From a virus, in the IMG/VR virus record IMGVR_UViG_3300028800_000076, positions 1 through 64,000 of that record: DNA of 64,000 bases. One strand, 5' to 3'. The notes under the pieces are model-generated. The model worked only from the letters and a program-made list of their open reading frames with translations, did not search any database and was not told where the DNA came from. This document shows positions 48,934-57,599 of the stretch, piece after piece; within the stretch, counting starts at the first letter, position 1; each line of letters starts with the position of its first letter. The position numbers were made by a program, and so were the translations under genes.

Positions 48934-49459
48934 CTTTGCTGTCGCCAATTCGACCACTGCTGGCCTTGGTAGCTCGCAGGCTCCGCTCACCACCACCTAC
49001 AAGACCATCTGCTGCATTGCAGCCTCCTCGCAGGCCAATACGACGGGCGGCTCGATGCTCCGTCGAGGCAAGCTCTACGACATCCTGGTAGGCACCAACG
49101 GTACGCCAGCCGATAACTATGTGGAGTACCGGGTTTCTCGTGCCACGGTCTCGACCTCCTCGGGAGCCTGGGCAGGCGCGCTTTCCAGCGTCTCCAGCGG
49201 CATCACCCTGGATCAGGCTGATATCTCGGCGGCGGGCCTCATCGCAGTCAACAGTTCCGCTGAGACCCAGGTCACGCTCACCAGCGTGGGTGATCTTTGG
49301 TATGTGGGTGTTAACCAGCGCGCCTCCTATCGCTGGGTTGCGGCCCCTGGCTCTGAGTTTGTCTACCCTGCCACCTCCAGCAACGGTCTGGTGCTTCAGG
49401 CGCGCTCGGGTGGCTATACCGGCACGGTGACTGGCACCATTCTCTTCACTGAGCAGTAA
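48926..49459 (+). CDS. Ser/Thr-rich putative virion protein
   Basis: NQRASYRWVA.PG.E motif; S/T-rich. Confidence 0.65.
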   Translation: MANFAVANSTTAGLGSSQAPLTTTYKTICCIAASSQANTTGGSMLRRGKLYDILVGTNGTPADNYVEYRVSRATVSTSSGAWAGALSSVSSGITLDQADISAAGLIAVNSSAETQVTLTSVGDLWYVGVNQRASYRWVAAPGSEFVYPATSSNGLVLQARSGGYTGTVTGTILFTEQ

Positions 49460-49764
49460 TGCGCAAGCCGCAGGGATACGCTGTCATTGTTACGCCTGAG
49501 GATGCTCAGGTTAACTTTGATGGTCTTCGCTGTGAGAATATCCAGGCAGGTTCTTTCGAGGTAGAAACAGTTTCTTGCGGCCATTGTGGACGGGTGATCC
49601 ATGTGCGCCCCAGAATGGACCCGGCTGACATGGGTGGCCTCTGCAAGCAGTGCTACCGCTTCGAATGTCCATCATGCGTAGGGAAAGGCTGCTCTCCCCT
49701 GGAGAAAAAGCTGGAGGCCATGGAGAAGAAGCAGGTGGCGCTGCGATCTTATGGCCTGGACTAA
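49459..49764 (+). CDS. Cys-rich zinc-binding protein
   Basis: CGHC, CKQC, CPSC, C. Confidence 0.65.
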   Translation: MRKPQGYAVIVTPEDAQVNFDGLRCENIQAGSFEVETVSCGHCGRVIHVRPRMDPADMGGLCKQCYRFECPSCVGKGCSPLEKKLEAMEKKQVALRSYGLD

Positions 49765-49773
49765 GAGGATGGC

Positions 49774-50343
49774 GTGGAAGACGCAGGCACGAGAGAGATT
49801 TACCAGCACAGCGCGCCTCTCTCGTATGTAACGCAGAGAGTTCCTCTCTTTATCACGACTTCGACTGCTAACCTCAACGCCAATAATGCAGGATTTGCAG
49901 GCTTTAATGTCAGGCAAGGCGTGCCTGCTTCGTCTTTTGCTACAAACGGCACTCCGATACGCTTAACACTGACGCCCCCATCTGCGGGGACTTCCACTGT
50001 TATTGGAGGATTATGGGTTGGAACGACGACCTCATTCCCGGACTTTTCAGCAGCCCCCACTCAGGTTCTTTTTTCCGGAAGCTCCACGGTAACCCTGACA
50101 GCAGGTGGCGCTGTTGTGGTGTCCGATTCAATCGGAATTACCTTGCAGTCGTCTCTGCAATTTATGGCATCCTTCGCCATAACCTCTGGTGATATCCGGT
50201 TTAACACTGGCGGCCAGTCAAGTTGGACGAATTATTTCCATTCTTTGGCTTCTAGCCAATCCAGCAACACCCTCAATCCAGGCTCCGGAACCATTCAGAA
50301 TAACTCTGCCGGTATTATCAGCCTTATCCAAGCGATGGGTTGA
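49774..50343 (+). CDS. Ser/Thr-rich putative virion protein
   Basis: ORF track. Confidence 0.55.
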   Translation: MEDAGTREIYQHSAPLSYVTQRVPLFITTSTANLNANNAGFAGFNVRQGVPASSFATNGTPIRLTLTPPSAGTSTVIGGLWVGTTTSFPDFSAAPTQVLFSGSSTVTLTAGGAVVVSDSIGITLQSSLQFMASFAITSGDIRFNTGGQSSWTNYFHSLASSQSSNTLNPGSGTIQNNSAGIISLIQAMG

Positions 50344-50345
50344 TA

Positions 50346-50900
50346 ATGGCCAGGATTATATTTCCGACCATTACGCAACCGCCGCTTGGCACTTTCCCGG
50401 CAATTGCTCAGTTTGAGGCATCATGGCATCAGCCATGGTCTGAGCCGGTCAGGACAAAACCTCGTCTTCAAACCGGACTTCAGCAGGCATTCTTTCCACC
50501 GGGCCAGATCGTCCCAACCGATATTGCTTGGTACGCCCCATTCACCAATCCGGTCAGGACTAAGCCCAGGCTCCCACCGAGCGAAAATCCATTCTTCTTC
50601 TTTGAGCCAGAGCCTCCCGTCTTTGAGCAGATGGCTTGGTATCAATGGCTGTCGGAGCCCAAGCGCTTCAAGAAGGGACTATCCCCGGAGCTTCAGCACT
50701 ACTTCGAGGGGCCACCCAGATTACTGCCGACCCCTACTGTCTTCGTGACCATGAATGCGACTGAGATTAATACGGACGTGTTCCTGGGTGCTATCAATGT
50801 GTATACTCCCAGCGGCATAACAACTTCAGGGGCGGGTGCTAGGGTTTCTATTATGGAAGTCCAGGTTGGAGGAGACCCGATCAGCATCCGGGAGACCTAA
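50346..50900 (+). CDS. Pro/aromatic-rich protein with three W..P.S.P.R.K..L repeats
   Basis: WHQPWSEPVRTKPRL / WYAPFTNPVRTKPRL / WYQWLSEPKRFKKGL. Confidence 0.6.
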   Translation: MARIIFPTITQPPLGTFPAIAQFEASWHQPWSEPVRTKPRLQTGLQQAFFPPGQIVPTDIAWYAPFTNPVRTKPRLPPSENPFFFFEPEPPVFEQMAWYQWLSEPKRFKKGLSPELQHYFEGPPRLLPTPTVFVTMNATEINTDVFLGAINVYTPSGITTSGAGARVSIMEVQVGGDPISIRET

Positions 50901-51214
50901 TGACGGTCTTTAATAGCGGGCCAATCAACATTGAGGCAGGCAACAGCGCGGCCTTTACCGTGGAGTTTCTGGACTCGTCCGGGAACATCACGGTGCCATC
51001 CGGAGGCTCCCTGGCGGTAACCTATCTCAATGCAAGCAATTCCAGCCAGACCGATACAGTGACCCTGGCGGGCAATGGCTCGTTCTTCACCGGAACTTGG
51101 TCCTCAACCTCAGCGGCGTTGGGCACAGCAACCTGGGTGGCCACAATAACCGGCAGCACCATCACGCAGTCTGCTGGGCAAGTGCGGATCATCCAAAGGC
51201 AGAGCACATACTGA
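50900..51214 (+). CDS. small Ig-like putative virion protein
   Basis: Beta-rich, S/T-rich. Confidence 0.55.
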   Translation: MTVFNSGPINIEAGNSAAFTVEFLDSSGNITVPSGGSLAVTYLNASNSSQTDTVTLAGNGSFFTGTWSSTSAALGTATWVATITGSTITQSAGQVRIIQRQSTY

Positions 51215-51924
51215 TGGGCCTCTTTCCCACCACACAAGTCTATAGCGGAAGTTATGACTTCGCGCCCTCTGGCGGTGAGATTGTCGTGGCCGCCTTCCAG
51301 CGCATCCAGGTGCGACCAACAGAGCTTACGCCCTCGCATCTCCAGCAGGCCACGGTGGAGCTAAACCTGCTCCAAGCCCGCCTATCTGGGCTTCAGCCCA
51401 ATTTATGGACGGTGGACCTTCAGGCTCTTCCCTTGGTGCAAGGCCAGAACACCTATTCGCTCCCGGCTGAGACTGCGGTGATTACTGATGCGTATATCCG
51501 CACCGGCTCCGGAACCGCAGTTAACGACCGGATTATCTTCGGCATCAGCCGCACTGAGTATGCATCTATCTCCAATAAACTCACTCAGGCCTTTCCCAAC
51601 CAGTTCTGGTTTGACCGGCTGATCTCACCCACAATCACATTCTATCCCACGCCAGACGGCAATGGGCCTTATACCTGCTACTACTATCGTGTTCGGCTTC
51701 TTCAGGATGCGAAGATGCCGAATGGACTGAACGTCGAGATACCGGCCTTGTGGCTTGATGCGGTGGTCTCTGGCCTCGCGCACAGGCTGGCGCGTGTCTA
51801 TGCGCCGCAACTTGAAGACAAGCGCAAGATGGATGCTGATGAGGCCTGGGCTCTGGCATCCAAGCAGGACGTGGAAGATGTGCCGATGCACATCACTCCA
51901 GGCATGAGTGGATACTTTCGGTGA
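51214..51924 (+). CDS. head-tail adaptor-like protein
   Basis: NLW.V...L..G...Y.L, ISR.EY..I.NK...P.Q.W.DR, GLA..LA; TGATG start. Confidence 0.7.
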   Translation: MGLFPTTQVYSGSYDFAPSGGEIVVAAFQRIQVRPTELTPSHLQQATVELNLLQARLSGLQPNLWTVDLQALPLVQGQNTYSLPAETAVITDAYIRTGSGTAVNDRIIFGISRTEYASISNKLTQAFPNQFWFDRLISPTITFYPTPDGNGPYTCYYYRVRLLQDAKMPNGLNVEIPALWLDAVVSGLAHRLARVYAPQLEDKRKMDADEAWALASKQDVEDVPMHITPGMSGYFR

Positions 51925-52736
51925 GCTTTCGCCCGCACGGTCGCGCCAGTATCAGCCCGACCAATCCCAGAGCTCTGGGTATCTGCGACCGTTGCGACGC
52001 GCGTTACAATCACGATCAGCTAAACTGGCAGTTTGCCTGGGGTGGTCCCCGTATCTACAATACAAGGATTCTGGTCTGCCAAAGCTGTCTGGATAAGTTG
52101 CAGGAAAATGGATTACGTACCATTGTTCTACCCCCCGATCCAATTCCTATCGATAATGCGCGGCCAGAAGCTGACGTACAGGATACCAATCCGCTCTCAG
52201 GGCTTGGCATGAGCGCCAATCTGTTCATGCCGCAGTATGGCTCCTTTATAGGCAACCTAACCGGAGGCGGTGGTCTTAATGCTGCCTTCGATGCCAACTC
52301 GGCCAAGCCATCGTGGCAATCGGCCAGCAATATGGTCTCCAATTCCAGCTATAACAATTATGTCGGTATGAACTGGGCTGGCCGCGTTGATAACCTCAAC
52401 ATGCCATCGAGCCTCAAGCCGCCTGTCATTAGACACTCTCTGGTTGGCTTCTCGATCACGGCACCAAATGATCGTTCGTTCTTAGGGAACGGGCCTACGT
52501 CCTTTGTGGTCCAGGGCTCCCCCACGAATACGGCTCTCTATGGAGCGTGGACCACAATCTCAAGCGGCACGACTTCGGGCACGCCGGGTGAGACCATCGG
52601 CGGAGAATGTACAGGCTCTCTCTATCAATTCCATCGCGTGGCCTTTCTGGGCGATCAACTCAGTCCAGTTTCGATAGCCCAGGCCGCATTTAACGTCGCG
52701 CAAATCGGCCATATCGTTACGGCGGGGTCTTCGTGA
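51921..52736 (+). CDS. virion protein with N-terminal Zn finger
   Basis: A.GICDRC...LVC..C.D..Q...DP....ARP. Confidence 0.65.
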   Translation: MSFRPHGRASISPTNPRALGICDRCDARYNHDQLNWQFAWGGPRIYNTRILVCQSCLDKLQENGLRTIVLPPDPIPIDNARPEADVQDTNPLSGLGMSANLFMPQYGSFIGNLTGGGGLNAAFDANSAKPSWQSASNMVSNSSYNNYVGMNWAGRVDNLNMPSSLKPPVIRHSLVGFSITAPNDRSFLGNGPTSFVVQGSPTNTALYGAWTTISSGTTSGTPGETIGGECTGSLYQFHRVAFLGDQLSPVSIAQAAFNVAQIGHIVTAGSS

Positions 52737-53224
52737 TTAGTCACTCCGAACTTTGTAGGAAGCTTTCATACGATCCAATTACGGGATCGTTTAAGTGGCT
52801 TATTCGCCCTCGGCAAAGAGTTGTGGTGGCGGAGAAGGCTGGTTGTATTAATCCATATGGGTACAGACAAATCTGTCTGAATCAAAAACTTTACAAGGCC
52901 CACCGACTTGCATGGTTCTATATGTATAAAGTGTGGCCGCCATCTGCCATTGATCACATCAATGGGGATAGAGATGATAATCGAATAGAAAACCTCAGAT
53001 TGGCTAATTCGCAACAAAATCAAGCCAATTCTAAAGTCAGAACGAATAATAAATCTGGTTTTAAGGGAGCCTCGCTACACAGTCTAAGTGGTCTCTATAT
53101 GTCGAGAATTATGGTTGATGGAAAGACCAAGCTTCTTGGGTATTTCAAAACACCAGAAGAAGCTAACGTGGCTTATACGAAGGCTGCCAAAGAAGCCTTC
53201 GGTGAATTCTCGAATGGAGGATAA
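52733..53224 (+). CDS. HNH-AP2 homing endonuclease
   Basis: YDP.TG.F, AHRLAW.Y, IDHING...DNRI.NLR, N.SG.KG, LGYF.T.EEA. Confidence 0.92.
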   Translation: MISHSELCRKLSYDPITGSFKWLIRPRQRVVVAEKAGCINPYGYRQICLNQKLYKAHRLAWFYMYKVWPPSAIDHINGDRDDNRIENLRLANSQQNQANSKVRTNNKSGFKGASLHSLSGLYMSRIMVDGKTKLLGYFKTPEEANVAYTKAAKEAFGEFSNGG

Positions 53225-53226
53225 TC

Positions 53227-53946
53227 GTGTCCTCGCTCAATTATACCACTTACGTTCAACAGATAGCTAATCTACTCGTGGTGGCATCATCCGATCTTAA
53301 TTTTCAGACGATGTTGCCTGGAATGATTGACTACAGTGAACAAAGAATCTACCGCGAACTGGATTTGCTCTATACGCAGGTAACGGATGCCACCACGCAG
53401 GTTTCCAGCGGCGTTCGAGACTTCACGCTGCCGACTGACCAGGGCAGCTTTATCACGGTCGATAACCTGAACATCATCCTGCCCGCAGGAGCGCTCTCAT
53501 CGCAGGGATCGCGCGTTCCGCTGACGCCAGTGGATCGCTCCTTTATCGATTTGGTCTATCCTTCTGGACAGACTATCACAGACACCCCGGCTTATTTTGC
53601 GCGAGCCTCGGAGACGGTGGTGATCTTTGGTCCATCGCCGGATGCTGCGTACTATGCGGAGGTGGTTGGTATCCAGCGGCCTGCATCTCTCTCGTCCGCC
53701 AACTCATCCACCATTCTCACGCAATACATTCCGGACGTATTTATCGCGGCGTCCATGGTGTTTGGCACGGCCTATCAACGCGACTTCGGTGCTCAGGCCG
53801 ACGATCCAGGCCGCGCCCAATCATGGGAGTCCCAGTATCAAACGCTGTCGAAGTCGGCAGGCGTGGAGCAGGCCAGAGCCAAGTTCGAGGCCGAAGGCTG
53901 GACCTCGGAATCCCCCTCTCCAACGTCGACGCCGCCCAGGGTCTAG
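53227..53946 (+). CDS. tail adaptor/connector-like protein
   Basis: I...E.RI.REL, GP.PD..Y, PD.....S, W...Y. Confidence 0.7.
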   Translation: MSSLNYTTYVQQIANLLVVASSDLNFQTMLPGMIDYSEQRIYRELDLLYTQVTDATTQVSSGVRDFTLPTDQGSFITVDNLNIILPAGALSSQGSRVPLTPVDRSFIDLVYPSGQTITDTPAYFARASETVVIFGPSPDAAYYAEVVGIQRPASLSSANSSTILTQYIPDVFIAASMVFGTAYQRDFGAQADDPGRAQSWESQYQTLSKSAGVEQARAKFEAEGWTSESPSPTSTPPRV

Positions 53947-53949
53947 CGC

Positions 53950-55971
53950 ATGGCGATGCAAACCGTCAGGCTTCGTCCTGGCGTCAACACACAGTTCACC
54001 AAGGCCTTTAACGAGGCTGGCGTTTCTGTATCGAATCTTATTCGCTATAAGGATGGCTTGATCCAGAAAATCGGTGGCTGGGATCAGTATTATCCGCTCA
54101 CAATCTCATCCACGATCCGTGCCATCCACGCATGGCAAGGAGCGGCAGGGCAGCAATATGTTGGCGTTGGCGCAACTGGCTCCCTGAGCATTATCACGGC
54201 AGGCTCGCTCTCAGATGTGACGCCACAAACTCGCACCAGCAACTTCACGCCAAATCTTTCGATCTCATCTGGTAGTTCTATTATTACCGTCGTGGATGTT
54301 GGAAGCAGTGTGTCCACATTTGATGTGGCATATTTCAACACCCAGATGGCCATCGGCGGCAGCTTTATCCAGGGACCCTATCAGATCAATTCGGTGGGTG
54401 GCTCCAGTTCATATACCATCGGGTCCACTGGTGTTTCCTCCGTCGCTGTGACCAGCAGCGGTATTCTTCCGATCTTCACCGCCACGCAAAATAGCGGCGT
54501 CGTAAGCGTTGCTCTTCCGAACAATAACTATCAGTCCATTACTGGATTGTTCGAGCCATATATTGCGCCAACAACGGTTGGTGGCCTGACCATTCAAGGT
54601 AGGTATCAGACCAGAACTGTTATCGACTCCACCAACTTTACGATTGTCTCTCCTGTCCAGGCCCTCTCTAACGATACCCAGACGATGAATGGGGGGCAGG
54701 CTCAGGTGGTGTACTTCATCACCATTGGACCGCCCTCTGGCGGCAGCGGCTATGGCATCGGTGGCTATGGCCTGGGTGGGTATGGCATGGGCTCCCCCAC
54801 AACGGGGGGCACTGGCACGCCTATCACAGCCACAGACTGGACTATGGACAACTGGGGTGAGATTCTTCTGGCGTGCCCTGAAAACGGGCCCGTCTATGCG
54901 TGGTCTCCGGATAGTGGGTACTCAACGGCTGCTGTGGTTGCGACTGCGCCATTCTTCAATGGCGGCATCTTTATCTCGATGCCTCAGCAGATTTTGGTGT
55001 GCTGGCGCTCCACGCAGATCACGGGGGTCCAGGACCCACTGGAGGTGGTCTGGTCTGATGGCGGCGACTACACCAACTTCCAGATCAACAATCAGACCTC
55101 GGCTGGCAGTTTTCACATCCCGACCGGCTCCATCATTATGGGCGGCATCCAGGCCCCGACCTATGGGGTAATCTGGACCGATGTGGATGTCTGGCTCATG
55201 CAGTATGTGGGCGGCGATGTGGTGTTCAACTTCTCCCGCGTCGGCAATGGTTGCGGCCTGATTGGCAAGCATGCGGCAGGCAAGATCGGCGGGAACGTCT
55301 ATTGGTGCGGCCTGAATAACTTTTTCCTTTTGGCGGGCGGCCAAGTCACCACGCTGCCCTGCACGGTCTGGGACTTCATCTTCCAGAACCTGGATACGGC
55401 CAATCAGGGAAAAATCTGCTGCGCCCCAAATAGCACCTTTAATGAGATTGCTTGGTATTTCCCCTCCATTAACGGGGCGGGCGAAAACGACTCCTACGTG
55501 AAGTACAACATCACAGAGGGCGAATGGGACTATGGCACGCTATCCCGCAATGCCTGGGTGGATGTGAGCGCGCTCGGTAATCCGATCTCGGCCGATACTG
55601 TCAATATCTATCAGCAGGAAGAGGGCTATAACGCCGTCACGTCCCCTATCAATAGTCTGTTCCAGAGTGGCTATTGGTCCATTTCGGAAGGCAATGATTT
55701 GGCTTTTGTGGACTGGTTCCTTCCGGACATGAAATTCGGAACCTATAGCGGTTCCCAGACTGCCTCGGTCCAGATCACCTTCCTGGCCGTCGATTACATG
55801 GGGGATACGCCAAGGTCTTATGGACCCTATACCTTCAGCCAGAACACCCAATTCCTCGCGCCTCGACTGCGCGGTCGATTCATGGCAATAATCATTCAAA
55901 GCAATGATACGGGGAGCTTTTGGCGTATTGGCGGGGCTAAATATCGCTGGGCGATAGCGGGAAGGCGATAG
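53950..55971 (+). CDS. tail nozzle/stabilisation protein (beta-propeller)
   Basis: PG.N, QKIGGW, DNWGE.L, W.D..D...., IWTD, N..FNE..W.FP, R.RGR. Confidence 0.75.
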   Translation: MAMQTVRLRPGVNTQFTKAFNEAGVSVSNLIRYKDGLIQKIGGWDQYYPLTISSTIRAIHAWQGAAGQQYVGVGATGSLSIITAGSLSDVTPQTRTSNFTPNLSISSGSSIITVVDVGSSVSTFDVAYFNTQMAIGGSFIQGPYQINSVGGSSSYTIGSTGVSSVAVTSSGILPIFTATQNSGVVSVALPNNNYQSITGLFEPYIAPTTVGGLTIQGRYQTRTVIDSTNFTIVSPVQALSNDTQTMNGGQAQVVYFITIGPPSGGSGYGIGGYGLGGYGMGSPTTGGTGTPITATDWTMDNWGEILLACPENGPVYAWSPDSGYSTAAVVATAPFFNGGIFISMPQQILVCWRSTQITGVQDPLEVVWSDGGDYTNFQINNQTSAGSFHIPTGSIIMGGIQAPTYGVIWTDVDVWLMQYVGGDVVFNFSRVGNGCGLIGKHAAGKIGGNVYWCGLNNFFLLAGGQVTTLPCTVWDFIFQNLDTANQGKICCAPNSTFNEIAWYFPSINGAGENDSYVKYNITEGEWDYGTLSRNAWVDVSALGNPISADTVNIYQQEEGYNAVTSPINSLFQSGYWSISEGNDLAFVDWFLPDMKFGTYSGSQTASVQITFLAVDYMGDTPRSYGPYTFSQNTQFLAPRLRGRFMAIIIQSNDTGSFWRIGGAKYRWAIAGRR

Positions 55972-56210
55972 TGACTGACAGTAGCAATGGCGGTGGCAAG
56001 CTTACGGAACTGCTGACGGCCATGCAGAATGGCGTCATTGCCATCAATGAGCTTGGCACGAAACTCGGCAATATCTTCCCGCAAGCCACAGCGCTATCGA
56101 CCACAGCGGCCATCGCCGGGACTATCACCTTCACCTCTTCTCAAGCCGTTACGTTCATGACAGTCCAGACAAGCTCGGGAGGCACCTACAAAGTGCCGCT
56201 TTATACCTAA
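55971..56210 (+). CDS. small virion protein
   Basis: QNGV.AIN.L...Y..PLY. Confidence 0.6.
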   Translation: MTDSSNGGGKLTELLTAMQNGVIAINELGTKLGNIFPQATALSTTAAIAGTITFTSSQAVTFMTVQTSSGGTYKVPLYT

Positions 56211-57599
56211 ATGAGCAGCCCAACCCCGAATAAAGGCTATACCTATCCGGTACACGGCGGGGCCGTTAACGCCTGGGATACGCCGCTTAACGCTGACTTT
56301 GACGCCATCGATCTTAACCTTGGTGGCATGTACCCGATCATCATCGGGTCTTCGATTGTTGGTGTTACCTATGGCTCGACTGCGCTGACTGCATCGAGCA
56401 CAGCAAATGTGCTGACGCTGCCGTCAACCCTGGCAGCCAATCTCTATTATCCGGTCTCAGGCACGCTCATCCAGAACCTGGATATTGCCTTCCCGGCCGC
56501 TGGCGGCATTTATTCGATCAACAATCAGTCGTCCGGAGCATTTGTACTCTCGATCTACCCCACAGGTAGCTCGGCAGGCTCGGTAAGCGTTACGCAAGGC
56601 GCTGCTTCGTTTCTGGTGTTGAATGCATCTGCTGCCACTGATGCTGATGGCAACAAGGGTCGTCTTCCCCCTCAAAGCAACAATACGTTGGTCGGCAATG
56701 TATCTGGCGCATCTGCCGTTCCGGGGGCCCTTACTATTGGTACTGGATTGACCCCAGGCAGCAGTACCTCGGCTACGATATCCGCTCCAGGCTTTGCTCC
56801 GCCATCTTCGTTCAAGAATCTTGTCATCAAGGTTTTGACTAATACAACAATCAGCGTGTCGGCTGATTTCGTCACGACGACAGATGGAACCCATTATCAA
56901 ACCACAGCAGTTAATTCGACCGTTAATATGGGAACCACAGGAGTTGATGCTTTGATCGGTGGCTCTGGTGCTGACGGCACCATTACTGCGGGTACTTGGT
57001 ACTATCTTTGGGTAATTGTTCAATCAAACGGAACCACCAAAGTTGTTGCAGCTACAGAATCTACGGCAAATGCAACATTCCTGGCAAATCTAGCGAACAT
57101 AGCTTCGGGGATTTATACCTATTATGCAAATATAGCTGCTGTACCAACTGCTTCTGGTGTGGCTCAGCTTATGGGCCTCTATCAGGAAGGTAGATGGGCT
57201 CAGTATATTCTTGGTCTCGCTCAGACCACAGCCTCATCCGTTATCATGAGAAGTGGTGTTACCGGAGCCTACAGTCCAACAAGCCCTACAGGACAGTCTA
57301 TTACTGTAGCTGGCAATGGTCTATTGGTTCCAATTACAGCATCAAGAATTACAATGAATATAACGAATACATGGAAGTTTAATTCGGCTTCCAATGTCTT
57401 GATTGCTCCAAATGCTAGCTGGTTCGGTAGCCAGAATGGACCGGGCGGAAGTAACGGTGTGGTATGGCCAGTTTATCTCCAGCCTGGAGTTGGCACCAAC
57501 GCTCAGATTTCCATGATGCTGGAATCAACAGCGCTGGTTATGTGCGCTGATACTTCTGGGTTTGCCGTAGCCTGCCTGGGTTGGGAGGTAAACCTGTAA
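56211..57599 (+). CDS. tail fibre/spike-like protein
   Basis: T.NKG...P..G...W..PLN.....ID anchor; AT-richer distal half. Confidence 0.65.
   Translation: MSSPTPNKGYTYPVHGGAVNAWDTPLNADFDAIDLNLGGMYPIIIGSSIVGVTYGSTALTASSTANVLTLPSTLAANLYYPVSGTLIQNLDIAFPAAGGIYSINNQSSGAFVLSIYPTGSSAGSVSVTQGAASFLVLNASAATDADGNKGRLPPQSNNTLVGNVSGASAVPGALTIGTGLTPGSSTSATISAPGFAPPSSFKNLVIKVLTNTTISVSADFVTTTDGTHYQTTAVNSTVNMGTTGVDALIGGSGADGTITAGTWYYLWVIVQSNGTTKVVAATESTANATFLANLANIASGIYTYYANIAAVPTASGVAQLMGLYQEGRWAQYILGLAQTTASSVIMRSGVTGAYSPTSPTGQSITVAGNGLLVPITASRITMNITNTWKFNSASNVLIAPNASWFGSQNGPGGSNGVVWPVYLQPGVGTNAQISMMLESTALVMCADTSGFAVACLGWEVNL

Noticed and set aside
44676-57599. Diversity-generating retroelement acting on fibres
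   Set aside because: No reverse transcriptase or TR/VR pair seen.
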